Shown piece after piece: positions 47,588 through 63,728 of a DNA stretch of 64,000 nucleotides; within the stretch, counting starts at the first letter, position 1; each line of letters starts with the position of its first letter. The DNA lies in the NCBI RefSeq assembly GCF_009914755.1, contig NC_060937.1, one strand, 5' to 3'. The notes under the pieces were generated by a model. That model was given only the letters and a program-made list of their open reading frames with translations, ran no database searches and was not told the origin of the DNA. Position numbers and translations under genes: made by a program. The DNA is from the human T2T-CHM13v2.0 reference genome, Homo sapiens.

Positions 47588-48227
47588 TACTGACATGGAA
47601 AAATTGTCTAGGTATAATGTATTTTTTAAAAGTCACAGAACTTGTATACAATGATTCCAATTATATTTTTTAAATGGTACAAGAAGATAGTTACCAATCG
47701 CTACTGCTAGTAATAGCAGAGGAGTAAACAGGGTGGGTCACATGAACCCACCCTTCAAATAACATTTATAAAAACTGGGTAAAATAAAATAAAAAGATTT
47801 TAAGACAGTGAGTCTGTCTTAAAACTGGATCTGACTGAAGCTGCAGGAGAGTTTAAGTACAAAAACCTGCAATTAGAAGGGGTAAAATGAGTTTGTGGCT
47901 TTCTGGCCCAAGGGCATGGCCCAATCCCTGTGTCTACGGCTACAGAAAATTGTGGAAGAAAACCACATCTTTATTAGTTAAAGGTGCCAGAGATAAGAGT
48001 TGAGGGGTGGAAAAGCAGCTGGAAATTTAAAGGGACAATCCTGGCAGGGAAAGAGTAAGGGAAAAAGTGAAACACAAGTTCTAAACATAAACTCTGCCCA
48101 AATCCCTGACTAACAGCCAAACTCCAAAGGCATGGAGGAGACCCTAGTGGCCCACAAAATAAGCATGCAGAAAAAAGTCTAGTCCTGAAAGACAAAATTA
48201 CATGAGGCCAGATCTATGGCTTCGCTG

Positions 48228-48482
48228 TCTCTTCTTTTCTTTTCTTTTTTCTTTTCTTTTCCTTTTCCTTTCTTTTCTTTTCCTTTCCTTTCCCTTCTTT
48301 TCTTTTCCTTTCCTTTCCTTTCTTTTCTTTTCTCCTCTTCTCTTTTCTTTTCCTTTCTTCCTTCCTGCTTCTTTCTTTCTTTCTTTCTTCCTTTCTTTCT
48401 TTCCTTTCTCCCTCCTTCCTTTCTTCCTTCCTTCCTTCCCTCCATCCCTTCTCCCTTCCCTTTCCTTTTCTTTTCTTTCTCT
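48228..48482. repeat. ~255-bp compound polypyrimidine microsatellite (TTTTC/TTTCC/TTTC/TTCC)
   Basis: Almost pure C/T; only isolated purines. Confidence 0.95.
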
Positions 48483-51049
48483 AAGCACATTCCCAACCAT
48501 GCAACAACTTGGGCTGCAGGAAGGTGAATCATTATGGCCCTGAAAAATAGAGAACAGAATAAAGAATAAAGAACAGCAGAGCAGCTGGAAACGAGGGGGA
48601 TACCTAGAAACAAAGAAACCACTGAGAGGCTGAGCCCTGTCTATGCCCAAAGACATGACTGACTGACAAATAATGCAGTGGCAAGTCCAGAGAGCAGCAA
48701 AGGAGCACCCTGAGAACTGAGCACAGTCTCAGCAGCGCATGTGAAAGAGGAAAGTTAGCAGCTGGAATTCACACACATCAACTGTCTCATAGAATAAAAA
48801 CCTGTCATCCTCAGAAGAACATCGCAAAATCCAGTTACCACACTGTATTAAATACAATGTCCAGTCTCTAAACAAAAAATACTGAACATGCATAGAAACA
48901 GAAAAGTGTGACCATACTAAGAAAATAAAGGCAATCTATATAGAATTTGACTCCAAGCTGGTTCAGATGTTGGAATTTGCAAGCAAAGGCTACAAACAGC
49001 AATTATAAAGAGATTTAAAGTTCTAAAGGAAAATATGGTATCAGTGAATAATAGAATAGGGTATATCTACATAGAAATGAACACTCTAAAAAATAGAATT
49101 TCTAGAAGTAAAAACTACAAAAACTGAAACTTAAATTTAACCGATAGGGCTTAATGACAGATTGGAAATTGTAAGGGGGAAGTAGATAAATAGAACCTAC
49201 CCAAGCCAAAACAAGCAGAAAAAATGCTGAAGAAAAATGAACAGTATTTCAATGAAATACACTATATTAGTGGCCTAAAACAAACTATCATCATATCACT
49301 AAATACAGAAAAGGTATTTGACAAAATTTTACATATATTTCTGATAAAAACAAAAACAAAAAAACTTGCTGGAAATTAGAAAGAAACTTTCTCAGGTGGA
49401 CAAAGTGCCTTTATGAAAAACTTATAGCTACACCATGCTAATGTTAAAGATTTTTTTTTCCCCTAAGGTTGGAAACAAGGCAAGGATGTCCACTATCATC
49501 CTTCTATTAAACTTCTATTCACGTTATTCTAGGAGATTCTAATCAGTGTAATAAGTCAAGAAAAATAAATAAAAGGTATATGGATCGGAAAGGAAGATGT
49601 GAAACTATCTTTATTTGCATACAACATGACCATCTATGTAGAAAATCGAATGAGAATCTACAAAAAAAAATCACTAGGACTAATAAATAAGTACAGCATA
49701 TTCACAGGATAGAAGTCAATACCCAAAATCAATTTTTTTTTACTATATTGGCAACAAACAATTAGAAATTGAAATTGTAGAAAAAGTGCCATTTACAATA
49801 CATCAAAAAGCAAGAAATAATTAGGGATAAATTTGACAAAAGATGTGCAAGACCTGTACACTGAAAATGACAAAACATTGCTGAAAGAAATTAAAGAAGT
49901 CCCAAATCGATGGAGAGATATGCTGTGTTCATTGATCAAAGGCATCAAATATTGTCAAGATGTCAATTTTTTCCTAAATGAATAAATTGAATCGACACAA
50001 CCTTATTCAAAATGTCAGCAGGCTTTTCTTGCATAATTGACAAGCTGGCAATAAAACTCATATGGAAATGCACAGGACCTATAACTTCCAAAACAGCTTT
50101 GAAGAAGGGCGAAGTTGATATCGAAACTTTTTATATGCCGTAATCAGGCAGTTTCAACCCCTATGTCATTCTGTAGCAAAAAAATTAATATGAGATGTAT
50201 CATAGCCTTAAAAGTAAATAATCTATAACCTATATACAGCTTCTAGGAAGATAGGTAAGTATTCTTAGAACTACAAAAACACTAATCATACTAACAAAAA
50301 TATTGATAAATTGGACTTTATGAAAATTATAATTATTATTATTTTGTTATTCAAGAGCCATCATTGAGAAAATAAATAGGCAAGTCACAAACTGGAGAAC
50401 ATATCTACAGTACATATCTGATGAAGTACTTATGATATATACAAATAATAATTTTAAAATTTCATTTTTTAAATGGGCAAAAAACTTGACAAAAGAAGAC
50501 ATATGAATGGCCAACAAGCACAAGAATGGTAGGTGAATTTCATTTGTCATCTGGAAAATGCAAATTAAAACCACAATGTGATATAATTTTACAGCCACTA
50601 GAATGATTTTTAAAAATGAAAAAACTGACAACAACAAATGTAGAGAGAATATGAGCAGTTGAAAGTCTTACACATTGCTGGTGGGTGTGTAAAAAAATGG
50701 TGAAAGCAATTTGGAGAAATGTTTGGGAGTTTCTTATAAAATTCAACATATATATCCCTTATGACTCAACAGTTACATTTCTAGGTAGTCCCCAAGAGAA
50801 ATGCAAACATATGTTAACAAAGAACTTGCAAAAGAATATTCCTAGCATTCTTATTTACAAAAGCCAAAAATTGGAAAAACACCTATCAATCCACGAAGAG
50901 AATGATTAAACAAACTATCATATATTCACATAATAGAATACTTCTCAAAACTTTTTTTTTACTACTGATAACTGCAAAAATATGCTTGAATCTTGCAATC
51001 AGATATTAATCTGATTGCAGCAAATGAACAACAAAAAAAGAGTATTTAC

Positions 51050-51879
<830 letters not shown>

Positions 51880-52945
51880 CTGTATTTTTCCATTTATTTA
51901 AATTACTAAAAGAGATAAAACTCTATGATGATAGAAGTTAGAAAGTAGTTGCCTCCCAAAGAAGAAAACCAAGTAAAAGAAGGAAATTTCTGAGATAATC
52001 GAAATGCTCTGTATATTGTTTTACATGGTGATTACCTGGTTTTATACAATTGTCAAAAACTCATTAAACTTTATATCTTCATTAAAACACACACACATAT
52101 GATGAGACACCACAATACACCCACAAGAATGGATAAAATAAAAAAGACTGACAATAAATGTTGACGTGGATGAAGAGAAACTCAAACTTTCATGCAGTGC
52201 TAGTGAGAGTTTAGAATGATAAAACCAGTGTGGAGAAGTGCTTGGCAATTTTTTATAAAGGTAAATATACATTCCCGCCATAACTCAGCAATTCCACTCA
52301 TAGGAATTTATCTAAGAAAAGCAAAAACTTAGGTCCATAAAAAAGCATGCAGCAATGATCATGGCGGCCTTGTCCATAATGGCCTCAAACGGAAAATAAC
52401 CTGATATCCATCATTAGGAGACTGGATAAGCAAATTGTAGGATATCCATACAGTTAAATACAACTCAGTGGTAAAAAGGAATGATACCCAGAGCAACAGA
52501 GATGAAACTTTAAAATATCATATTCAGCAAAATAATCCCCCCCCCACACAAAAATACATACTGCTGATTCAGTTTATTTAAGTCAATAAACAATAAAACC
52601 TAACTACATGGTGACAGAAATCAGAAACCCAGTTGCCTCTGGGTTTAGGAGGTAGGTAATTAATTGAAAAGGGACACAAAGGAACTTTCTGAGATGATGA
52701 AAGCATATTTTGGTTTTGGTGGTAAAAAGTGTTCAATGATATCTGGGAAAGCATGGTGAGGAAGATTTTATTCAGAGCCACGGAGACAATATCAGTATTT
52801 ATAGCAGTAAATAATTGTCGAAACTTATTAGACTGAATATGTAACTCCTGTGAATTATGTAGTCTGTAAATCGCCTCATTAAAAAATGAAAACAAAAATC
52901 CTAAGAATGTAGGAATAGTGTATAGTTAGACATCCTTTACTCTAG

Positions 52946-53445
<500 letters not shown>

Positions 53446-54667
53446 CCGGTCTTTATGACATTGATTGTAGAAAGTTACATATTATAAATATACATTGAAC
53501 CTGAAACATTTGTATTTCCAACAACTACAGTTTGAAACAAACTATAGCTTTTTTTTACAGGAAATGGAAAATTGTGTATCTAAGGTATGGTTTTATTGAG
53601 AATACTGAGCCCACTCAAACTTTATGGGGTTGAAAACTTTTAATTAAGCTAAGGGAAGATAGGTTTAGATTTCTGTTTCACTTTTTCTCTTCCAGCAGCA
53701 TTTGTCTACTATGGATCATTTATTCACTGCTTCTATACTTCCTGATATTATCCTAGATAAGTCTTAAATATTTTATGTTAGTGATTCTAAAGATTTAAAA
53801 GTTTTACAGAAAGAGTAGAGGAATTGTTATAGAGATAGAAAGCTTGAAAATTCCATTTTGCCTTTGCAGAGCATTTTGCTTCAAGATTTAAAGCAGGGTA
53901 CAGTTCACAAAGGGAGAAATACAAATGACCAATAAATATGACAAAAGTTAAACCATTCTAATAATAAAGAAAAATAAACTAAGAATTAAATGCCATGTTT
54001 TTACCTCTCAAGTTATCAAAGACTTTTAAAAGTGACATTATCCAGATTTGGCTGGGGTATAGTGTAGATTGCCGGTGGAAATGTAAACCGGCACTATTTT
54101 TGGAAGAGCAATATGGTCATAGGCATCAATAGCCTTTACATGCAGGCAGCTCTTTCTTTGCATGATGCCATGTTTTTCAGAAACTCAATGATATCAGAAC
54201 TGTGCAAAATGAGGAGTGTCTGTATTGCTTTAGATCCAAAAATTCTACCTCTAGAAATCTATTTTGAGAAAACAAATAGGGATGCATAAAAAGATTACCA
54301 TATATATATATTTATTGGGGCATTGTTTATAATTTTCAAAATAATCTACATATCCAACCATAAGGAATAAGTTAAGTAAATTATGGTGTTTTCATATAGT
54401 GGAAACTATATTCCATATGCTCCATAAAAATCATGTTTTCAAACAATAAAGACATTTGGAAATGCTCATTCTATAATCTTCAATAAAAAATCATGATACA
54501 AAAATTACATACAGAATGATCTCAATTTTATGTGCATCTATACAGTCATGTTCCCAAGCACATACACACATGTAAGTAATTTAAGTTAAGTAAACATGTT
54601 AAGAAGGCTCTTCCTGAGTGATGAGATTATGAGTAATCTGTAATTTTTCTTAAAGGTTCTCGTACTT

Positions 54668-55161
54668 TGTTAAGGAAAAAATTATCTGATGATACTTGTT
54701 AAAGCACAGTAAGGCAGACTTTATTCAGGAGCATTGTGAAGGTATAGGAACCATGGCAACAGAGTCTTGCAGTGAGACAGAGAGATGTGTGCTCGATTCC
54801 AAATATGGCATGGGCAAGTGGGAATTTATAGCCAAGCAGCAGGGTGGGGGTCAGTGGATGGAAAATTACCAGGAGGAATTATCAGGGGTAAGGGGAATTC
54901 TGGCTAACCCAATGTAATGTGATTTTTGCTGAAGACAGGCCAGGGTGATCAGACATCACCCAGGGTGGTTAGGGGAATGGTATAGGATGAGGAACCCGAT
55001 CAGATATCAAGGGTGATCAGATATTGAGGATGGGACCACTTGCTAAACCAACTGAGCAGGGCTCTTTTCTAAAACTGGATTTTACAAGGAAGTGCCCAGA
55101 TGGGGCTAGGGGAAGTTTCAGGAGACTGACTAAAGTTTGGCCAATCAGAGAATCTTTGTCA
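54668..55161 (-). mobile_element. MER31-like ERV1 solo LTR
   Basis: TG...CA ends; the minus strand begins tgacaaagattctct..ttggccaaactttagtcag; perfect 4-bp TSD actt (54664-54667, 55162-55165). Confidence 0.8.
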
Positions 55162-55902
55162 ACTTCCCCAGTCTTTGTCATAAAACTGGATTTTTTTTAT
55201 ATTTAAGTTCTTTCAAGAAATACATTGATATACTTTGTAGCACATTTTTAAAATCTGGAACTATATAAAGGAAAATGTAAAGTTCTTGTACAGAAGTGAT
55301 CGTCCAAACCATTTGTTCCATATTTGCATATGTATAACAGTATATTTCCATTTTGTAAAAATGACTTCATTGAAATATAACCTACAATACAGTACAATAA
55401 TCTACATCAATTTTAAGTGTATAATTTCATGAGTTTGGCAGATGTACATTCCAGTAAACCTCATCATAATCCAAGCAGAACCCTCCCATTACCCCCAAAA
55501 GTGTGTTCATGTCCCTTTGCAGTCCAATGCTCCCTCCTCTAATCAATTTTTTGTTACTATAGATTAATTTTTTTCTAGAAATTTATATAAATGGAATTAT
55601 ACAGTATATACATATATATAGTCTTTTCTATCTAGCTTCTTTTACCCATCATTATAGTTTTGAGATTCATCCATGTGGAGATATACATATATGTAAATTG
55701 TTCCCTTCTTTTTATTGCTGAATTGTATTTAATTGTATGGATGCACTGGATAACCCACATTCTGCTTATCCATTTACCTGCTGAAACATTTGGGTTATTT
55801 CTAGTTCTTTACTATTATGAATAAATCTGCTATGATCATTTGTCTATAAGTATTTGTGTAGACAGATGTTTTCATTTTTGGGGACATATACACCTAGGAG
55901 TG

Positions 55903-56564
55903 TGTAATAGTCTAGGCTTTCCAGAGGAACAGAAGCAATAGGAGATGCAGATTGAGTATATCTAATCTGAAAATCCAAAATCTGAAATGCTCCAAAATCC
56001 AAAACTTTATGAGCCCTAATGTAATGCTCAAAGGTCCATGCTCAAAGGAAATGCTTATTGGACCTTGTTGGGGGGGGTGGGGGTGTGTGTGTGCACGCGC
56101 GCGCATGCATGAGCGCATGTTCAGGCTAATTTCTTATAGTAAACACATATGTACATAAATATAAAATATATAGATATGTGTGTATGTACATATATATTAA
56201 TATTTACTATAAGGAATTGGCTCGTGTGATTACTGGGGCTGAGAAGTTCAAGATCTGCAGTTGCCAAGCTGGGAACTCAGGAGAGCCAAGGGTGTAAGTT
56301 CTAATCTGAGAAGACCCATGTCCACGTCTGAAGACAGGCAGAGAAAGAATTCTTTATTACTCAGCTTTTAATTCTATTCAGACCTCAAACAAATTGAATG
56401 GGGCTCACCCACACTGGGGACAGCAATCTGCTTTACTCGGTCTACAGATTCAAATATTATTCTCATCCAGAAACACCCTCACAGACACACTCAAAATAAT
56501 ACCTTGCCAAATACCTGGGCAACCCAAGATGTGGTCAGCTTAACACGTAAAATTAACCATCACA
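55903..56564 (-). mobile_element. MLT2-family ERVL solo LTR containing a Tigger4a/MER46A fragment (55948-56062) and GT/AT simple repeats
   Basis: Ends ...taaaattaaccatcaca; perfect 5-bp TSD gagtg. The inner piece cagattgagtat..ctaatctgaaaatccaaaatctgaaatgctccaaaatcc matches Tigger4a. Confidence 0.85.
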
Positions 56565-57162
56565 GAGTGGAATGGATGGGTCAGGTGGTAGGTGTATGTT
56601 TGCCTTTTTAAGAAACTATAAAAATGTTTCCAAAGCACGTGGACAATTTTACATTCCCACCAGTAGCATATGAGAGGTGTATTTCCTACACATTTTACCA
56701 ACACCTGCTATAGTCAGTCTTTTTAATTTTAGTCATTCTAATAAGTGTGGAGTGTTATCTCATTGTGGTTTTAATTTGCATTTTCCTGATGAATAATGAT
56801 GTTGAGCACATCTTCCTGTATTTGTTTGCTATCTGTGTATGTCCTTTGGTAAAGTGTCTGTTCAGATTTTTTGCCTGATTTTTAATTGTGTTGTTTCTTT
56901 TCTTATTATTGAGTTTTAAAAGTTCTTTACATATTTTGGCTATAAATCCTTTATCATATATAGGCTTTAGAAATATTTTCTGCCAGTTTGCAGCTTCTCG
57001 TTTCATTCTCTTAATTGTGTCTCTCCAAGAATAGAAGTTTTAGATTTTGATGTAGTTCAATTTGTCTTTTTTTTTTTTTTATGGACTATGCTTTTGTTGT
57101 TGGATCTCAGAAATTTTTGCCTAACCCAATGTAACAAAAATGTTCTCCTATGTTTTGTCTAG

Positions 57163-57499
<337 letters not shown>

Positions 57500-60382
57500 T
57501 AGATTTACATTTTACATTTATATATGAGATTCATTTTTAGTTAATTGTTGCATATGAAGGAAGGTATAGATCAAAGTTGGGGTTTTTTTGTATACAGATA
57601 TGTAAATGTTCCAGCACCATTGTTGCAAAACTATCCTTTCTCTACTGAATTGCCTTGGCACTGTCAAAAATTTGTTGTCCATATATGTGAAAGTCTATTA
57701 CTGGACTGTCTTCTGGACCTAATGTCTGTGTCATTATCTCTTTGTGTATCTTCGTGCCAATATCAAACTGTCTTGATTATTGAAGCCTTGCACTTTGAAA
57801 TCAGGTCGTCTTAGCCCTCCAACTTTGTTCTTCTTTTTCAAAATGAATTTGCCTATTTTAGGTGCTTTTCATTCCTGTGAACTTTAGAGTTAGCTTGTCA
57901 TTTCCTACAAAAACAAACAAACAAAAAAAGCCTGTTGGGATTTTGATTTGGACTGCGATGAATCTATCAATTTGGAGACAACCGATGTCTTAATAATATT
58001 AAATCTTTCACCCATGAACATGGTATTAGTAACTATTTATCTATCATCTATCTATAAACATTGTTAAAACAATCAAACACTGCTGATACATATACACGTT
58101 TTGTTGTATGCTGACCATTTCATGTAGAAACAACGATAGTGACTGAAGCAAATAATACTGATGCCTATAAAATGGCAAAGCCCTGGTTCTGTCAGTCCCC
58201 TGTGATTGGAGACAGGGCCCATCTGATCTCTGTGTAGTTGGGCTGGGTCTGAGCTTTGTCACAGCTTATTGTGATTCAGTTCATGGCTGGTTTTAATATC
58301 TGAAAAGTAGAATCAGTACTTTTCTCTCAGTGTATCTTGGAATCCTAGAGACAGTAAGACTCTGGAAAGTTCTCCAAGCTTCACACAGCCCAGCCCCCAA
58401 CTTTCCAAACTGTGGGAGTTCTCTTTATGCCTTACAGCCCAGCCACCAACTTCTTGGGTTGCTGGGGCCTTTTCTTTGCCTAAACTCTGCCTCCACATCT
58501 CAGAGCCTTAAGATAGCTCTTCCTCCAGCATTCAATAGGTGGCTACAATGTACTCAGTAGAGACCTTGTGTAGGGAGGGTGGAGGTAGGGGTGAGGTGGG
58601 TGGGTAGGGTTGAGGGGATTGGAGAGTTGAAAGGGTTTTCGGGAGCATCTATTTCTCTCAGTTCTCCTGCTTTGCCTCTGGCTACTGCAGGCTGCTGCCT
58701 TGCATTTGGTGAAAGCCTCGTGCTTTCTAGGAGGGGATTTCTTTCAGCTTTCCTGCCTTGCCCCCAGTGTGTAATGGGGACTGCCTTGCAATGGATGAAC
58801 CTCACATGCCTTGGAGAATCCCTCTTGCTTCTCCTGCCTTGCTTCCTGTGCTCAGTGGGCTACTTTCTTGTACTTTGGGAAGACCTGGTGTACCTGGGGA
58901 GGGTATTTCTCAGTTCTCCTACCCTGGCACCAGCTTTCAGTGTACGACTCCCATCCACTCAATGGAGGCTGGGTGGGTACAGACTAGTTCTATTCCTGGG
59001 GTACCTTGTGATTCTACTCTGTTATGCCAACCCATATACAATCATCCAAAATTTGTTTAAAGATAGGCTGGTTTCTCCCTTCCTCTTCTGTGCTCCTTCC
59101 AACATGTCCCTAGGAACAAAAGCAGCTGTGGGACTCTTCTCTCTAGGAAGAGCTTGATCCTTTTGGAAATGTAGTTAATTTGAGGGATTTTTTTCTTTTT
59201 TTTTTTTTTTTTTTGGCTCCTGGGTTCTCTGATGAGTGTGAAACATGCAAATGAAAGCAACAACAAATAAAACTGTCATTTGTAGTGCTTCTGGTCTGTT
59301 CTCATGGTTAGAGTAAGAGTGATAGACTCCTGCAAATTTCTGCATCTTATAAAAGAGTGGAGGCTTGTCCCCTCATTGGGTTTTGTACATTGTCTTTGGG
59401 CTGTAGGTTGTACCTGTCACTAAGGTACCTTAAATAAACATACACACACATTTCGTTTTTTAAAAATGGCTAAGTCAAGCCTCTAAGTTCAACATCCAAA
59501 CTCCATGTGAAGGAGTTTCAACTTTCTTTGGTTTTCAAAAATCCCCTCTAAGATCTTCCATATTTGTGATGGAATTTACATAAAACATTTATTCAAAAAA
59601 AAAGTTATTGAATACCTAGTATGCACTAAGGGCTGTTTCAGGACCTGGAGATGCAAGATAACAGTGCCATGGAGCTAACGTTCTAGTGGACTTCTGGAAA
59701 AACTAAGGGATCGTGACTTAGCTGTGACTGCAAGTCACATATGCAAGTTCACCACAGTTGACCTTTTGAAACAGTCATTTCAGGAGTTAAATTATAAGGA
59801 AAATTCATTCCAGACCTCTGCTGAAATAAACAATGCTTCTAAATTCTATAGAGATGTGTAGCCAGTGGGGAGCTGTCTGACTACATCAGTTTACAGACTT
59901 CTTTCAGCAAAATCAGAGATCCACATGGAAAACCAAGTATTCAGGAGCCTCTATGTATATTACAGCATGCCCTGGGGCCTCAAGCAGTCTCCTTTATGTG
60001 TAATTTTTTCATCTGTGACAGATTTAATGTGGATAATAATGCTTACTTAATAAGCAATCCAGTATAATTTAACAGAAGTTACTAATGTAAGTTCAAATGA
60101 GTTTTCATTTACAATTTTAAGAACACCATGTGTATGACAGGAAAACAGTGGGTGAAGAGCTGATCTAAAAAGCAAAAATGGTAACATCCTGAATTATGCC
60201 ATAGAATCCATTTATTTTGATTAACCAGCTGAGACTATGAAAGGTGGAAAATGCATTTCATGGTAGATATACTTTAGGTATAATACTAAGAACTTAAACC
60301 AAAGGATTGTACCATTCACCTGACATATCATAAGACATGAAATCATGTTTACTTACATACTTTTAGTTTATCCATTAAAAAA

Positions 60383-60835
<453 letters not shown>

Positions 60836-61147
60836 AATGTCATATTGGCATTGTAATTACACTCTCCAGAAGAAATTACAGGTTATGTACAAAATGTATT
60901 GCTCCATGACTGGCTACAGGCAGAATGGGTGGCTGTCTGTGTGTTATGACTCTATTAAAATATTACTGTATTATGGAAGTATTTCTAGACCTGTATGATG
61001 GAATTTTTTAGTGTGTATGATATCAATACATAATAACCCTGTGCCTGAGGGTGATTAGGGAGATAGATTCTCAATAGACTCTGATGTAGTAGGTTTCTTC
61101 TGAATGGGGAAGAATTGATTAGATTAAGATCACTTTAAAGCTGTAGT

Positions 61148-61370
61148 CAAGCTTGTCCAACCCATGGCCTGCAGGCTGCATGCAGCCCAGGATGGCTTTG
61201 GATGTGGCCCAACACAAATTCATAAACTTTCTTAAAACATGAGATTTTTTTGCGATTTTTTTTTTTTAGCTCATCAGCTATCAGTAGTGTTAGTGTATTT
61301 TATATGTGGTGCAAGAAAATTATTCTTCTTCCAGTGTAGCCCAGGGAAGCTGAAAGATTGGACACCCCTG
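61148..61370 (-). mobile_element. MER30 (hAT-Charlie), full length
   Basis: caagcttgtccaaccc...ttggacacccctg terminal inverted repeats. Confidence 0.9.
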
Positions 61371-61389
61371 ATGTAGATGCTTTCAACAC

Positions 61390-62195
61390 CATTCATTCAT
61401 TCAACCAGCACAGATGTTGTTCACATCATGTTGGGAACTGGGGGTATAAAGAGAAATAGAAAATAGTGTATTTCCCCAGTGGCTCACAGTCTAGTGACAG
61501 AAAATGATGAAAACAAATAATTAGAGAAATGTAATAAATTCCGTAGTAAAAGCATGAACAAGGCACGCTGGTGTATTGCAAGGGAAGCTCTTAACTTTGC
61601 CTGCAGATATTAAAGAAGACTCTGTGGAGAAGATGACATTGGATTGGATTTTAAAGACTAAATGTTTGCCAGGCAAACAAATGGGGAAGATAATGCCAGG
61701 AGAACAGGCAATTTTATATTAGTTTCTTCACTTTCTTCTCACTCCTTGTTATCTGGCTTCTCCGTCTCCACAACTTTACTAACTCTTTTCTCCTGAAAGA
61801 CTCCAATCCATAAGTGTTTCTAGGCTACGTTTTCTCCTTGACTATTCTGCTTCATTTCACGTCACTAACCACTATCTCTTCCTCTTTCCTTCTTTTGATT
61901 TCTTTTTAACAGATTCATGCTTTTGAATGATCATTCAGCTTGCAGAGTGGAGGATAGATGGTAAAAGGGAGACTGGCCAGGATTTTAATGTGTTGATCAA
62001 AGTAAGAAATGATGAGGGCCTGACCCAAAACTTGGAGTGCTAATTGAGAGGCAGCACAGATTCTGGAGTTATTAGACAAACTGGCTCCAGTGAATAGGGC
62101 CCATGAAATGAGAAGCTGGGGACAGGGGTGTGGGAGGGAAGGGTAAGGGTCATGTCTGACCCCACCAGATGTGCTGTGGGCTTGGTGTCTTGGAG
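61390..62195. mobile_element. L2 fragments
   Basis: cattcattcattcaa L2 3' tail (antisense) followed by typical L2 sequence. Confidence 0.6.
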
Positions 62196-62530
62196 CAGGG
62201 GTCCGCAACTCTTAGGCTATTGACTAGTACCGCTGGTTCACAGCCTGTTAGGAACCAGACTGCACAGCAGGAGGTGAGTGGCAGGTGAGTGAACATTACC
62301 ACCTGAGTTCTGCCTCCTGTCAGATCAAGGGCAGCATTAAATTCTCAGAGGAGCATGAACCCTATTGTGAACTGCTCATGTGAGGGGTCTAGGTTGTGCT
62401 CTCATCTAATGCCTGATGATCTAATCTGACATGGAACAGTTTCATCCCAAAACCGCCACCCCCCACCCAATCCATGAAAAAATTGTCTTCCACGAAACAG
62501 GTCCCTGGTGCCAAAAAGGCTGGGGACTGC
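62196..62530 (+). mobile_element. MER1B (hAT-Charlie), intact
   Basis: caggggtcc.caac...cctgttaggaacc...gtccctggtgccaaaaagg.tggggactgc. Confidence 0.9.
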
Positions 62531-62619
62531 CTTGACAAAGTAATTGACTCTCTTCTTAGAGATGCTTTCACTCACTAACATAAAACAGATTCAAGGATAA
62601 TTTTTCTCACATTTTAAAA

Positions 62620-63075
62620 GTATTATTTTTAAAGTTAAAATACATATAACAAAAAAAGAACCGCCTTAACCATTTTTAAGTGTACAGTTCAGTGACATTA
62701 AGTACATTTACATTGTTGTGCACCAATCACAACCATCCATTTCCAGAACTTTTTCATCTTGCAAAACTGTAACTCTGTACCTACTAAACAATAACTCTCA
62801 TTTTCCCCTACCCCTGCTCCTGGCAACCACCATTCTACCTTCTGTCTCGATGATTTCATTACTGTAATTACCTCATATAAGTGGATCCTATAGTATTTGC
62901 CCTTTTGTGACTGGTCTAGTTCACTTAGCATAATGTCCTTAAGGCTCACCCATGTTGTAGCATGTGTCATAATTTCCTTTTTAAGGCTGAATAATATTCC
63001 ATTGTATAAACATACTACCTTTCGTTTATTCATTCATCTATTGATGGATACTTGGGTTGCTTCCACCATTTGGTT
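62620..63075 (-). mobile_element. L1MB-type 3' end
   Basis: cttaaccatttttaagtgtacagttcagtg.cattaagtacatt.acattgttgtgca...ccagaactttttcatcttgcaaaactg. Confidence 0.85.
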
Positions 63076-63728
63076 ATTAATTTTACTCACTTTTTAAAGC
63101 TTAAAATAACATTTGTAAAATGCTTATACTATTTCAAATGAAAATATGTGCAACTTCTTAAATTTTTTGAAGTATGAATTATTATTTTTTCATTAATTAT
63201 GTTAACAGTATAGAAAAAGAGAAAAGTGCCAAAAGTTGATATCAACCAGCACAAATTTTTCAAAATCTTGTTACTCTTCTTATTAACATTCTAATTATTC
63301 TTTTTGTCATTTTTTCTGCCTTTCACTTTCTTATTATGACCCAGTTAAGAGATTGGCTGTTACATATAATAGTCAAAATTTGTTATGATTATGATTTTAT
63401 ATACTCAGTCCTTGCTTTGTTTTACTTGAATCTTTGCCAAATTCCATGCTCACCATTACTTCTTGCATCCCAGTTCTTTCACTTTGTAATTTTCTTCTTC
63501 CATAAGTACATCCTTTAGTAGTTCTTTCAGTGAGGATCTAGTCAATTTCCCAGACTTTATTTCTCTGAAGGTCTATTTTGCCTTTACTCTTGAACAAAAA
63601 AAAAAAAAAGATCATAGCTAGACATATAGTGAAACTTCAGAACACCAAAGACAAGTCTAGAAACTTAACAACTTTAATACATACACATGTGGTATATGAC
63701 AGAAGCAGCATTAGAAATTAGTAGTCTT

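Noticed and set aside
47931-47945. gtctacggc resembling the 5S rRNA 5' end
   Set aside because: The match stops after ~9 nt; no 5S body follows.
48179-48656. Lys/Glu/Arg-rich and Phe/Ser-rich ORFs
   Set aside because: Artefacts of translating the polypyrimidine microsatellite.
58579-59157. 192-aa hydrophobic ORF
   Set aside because: GTG start, no recognisable family, no supporting splice or poly(A) structure; the region resembles decayed repeat sequence.
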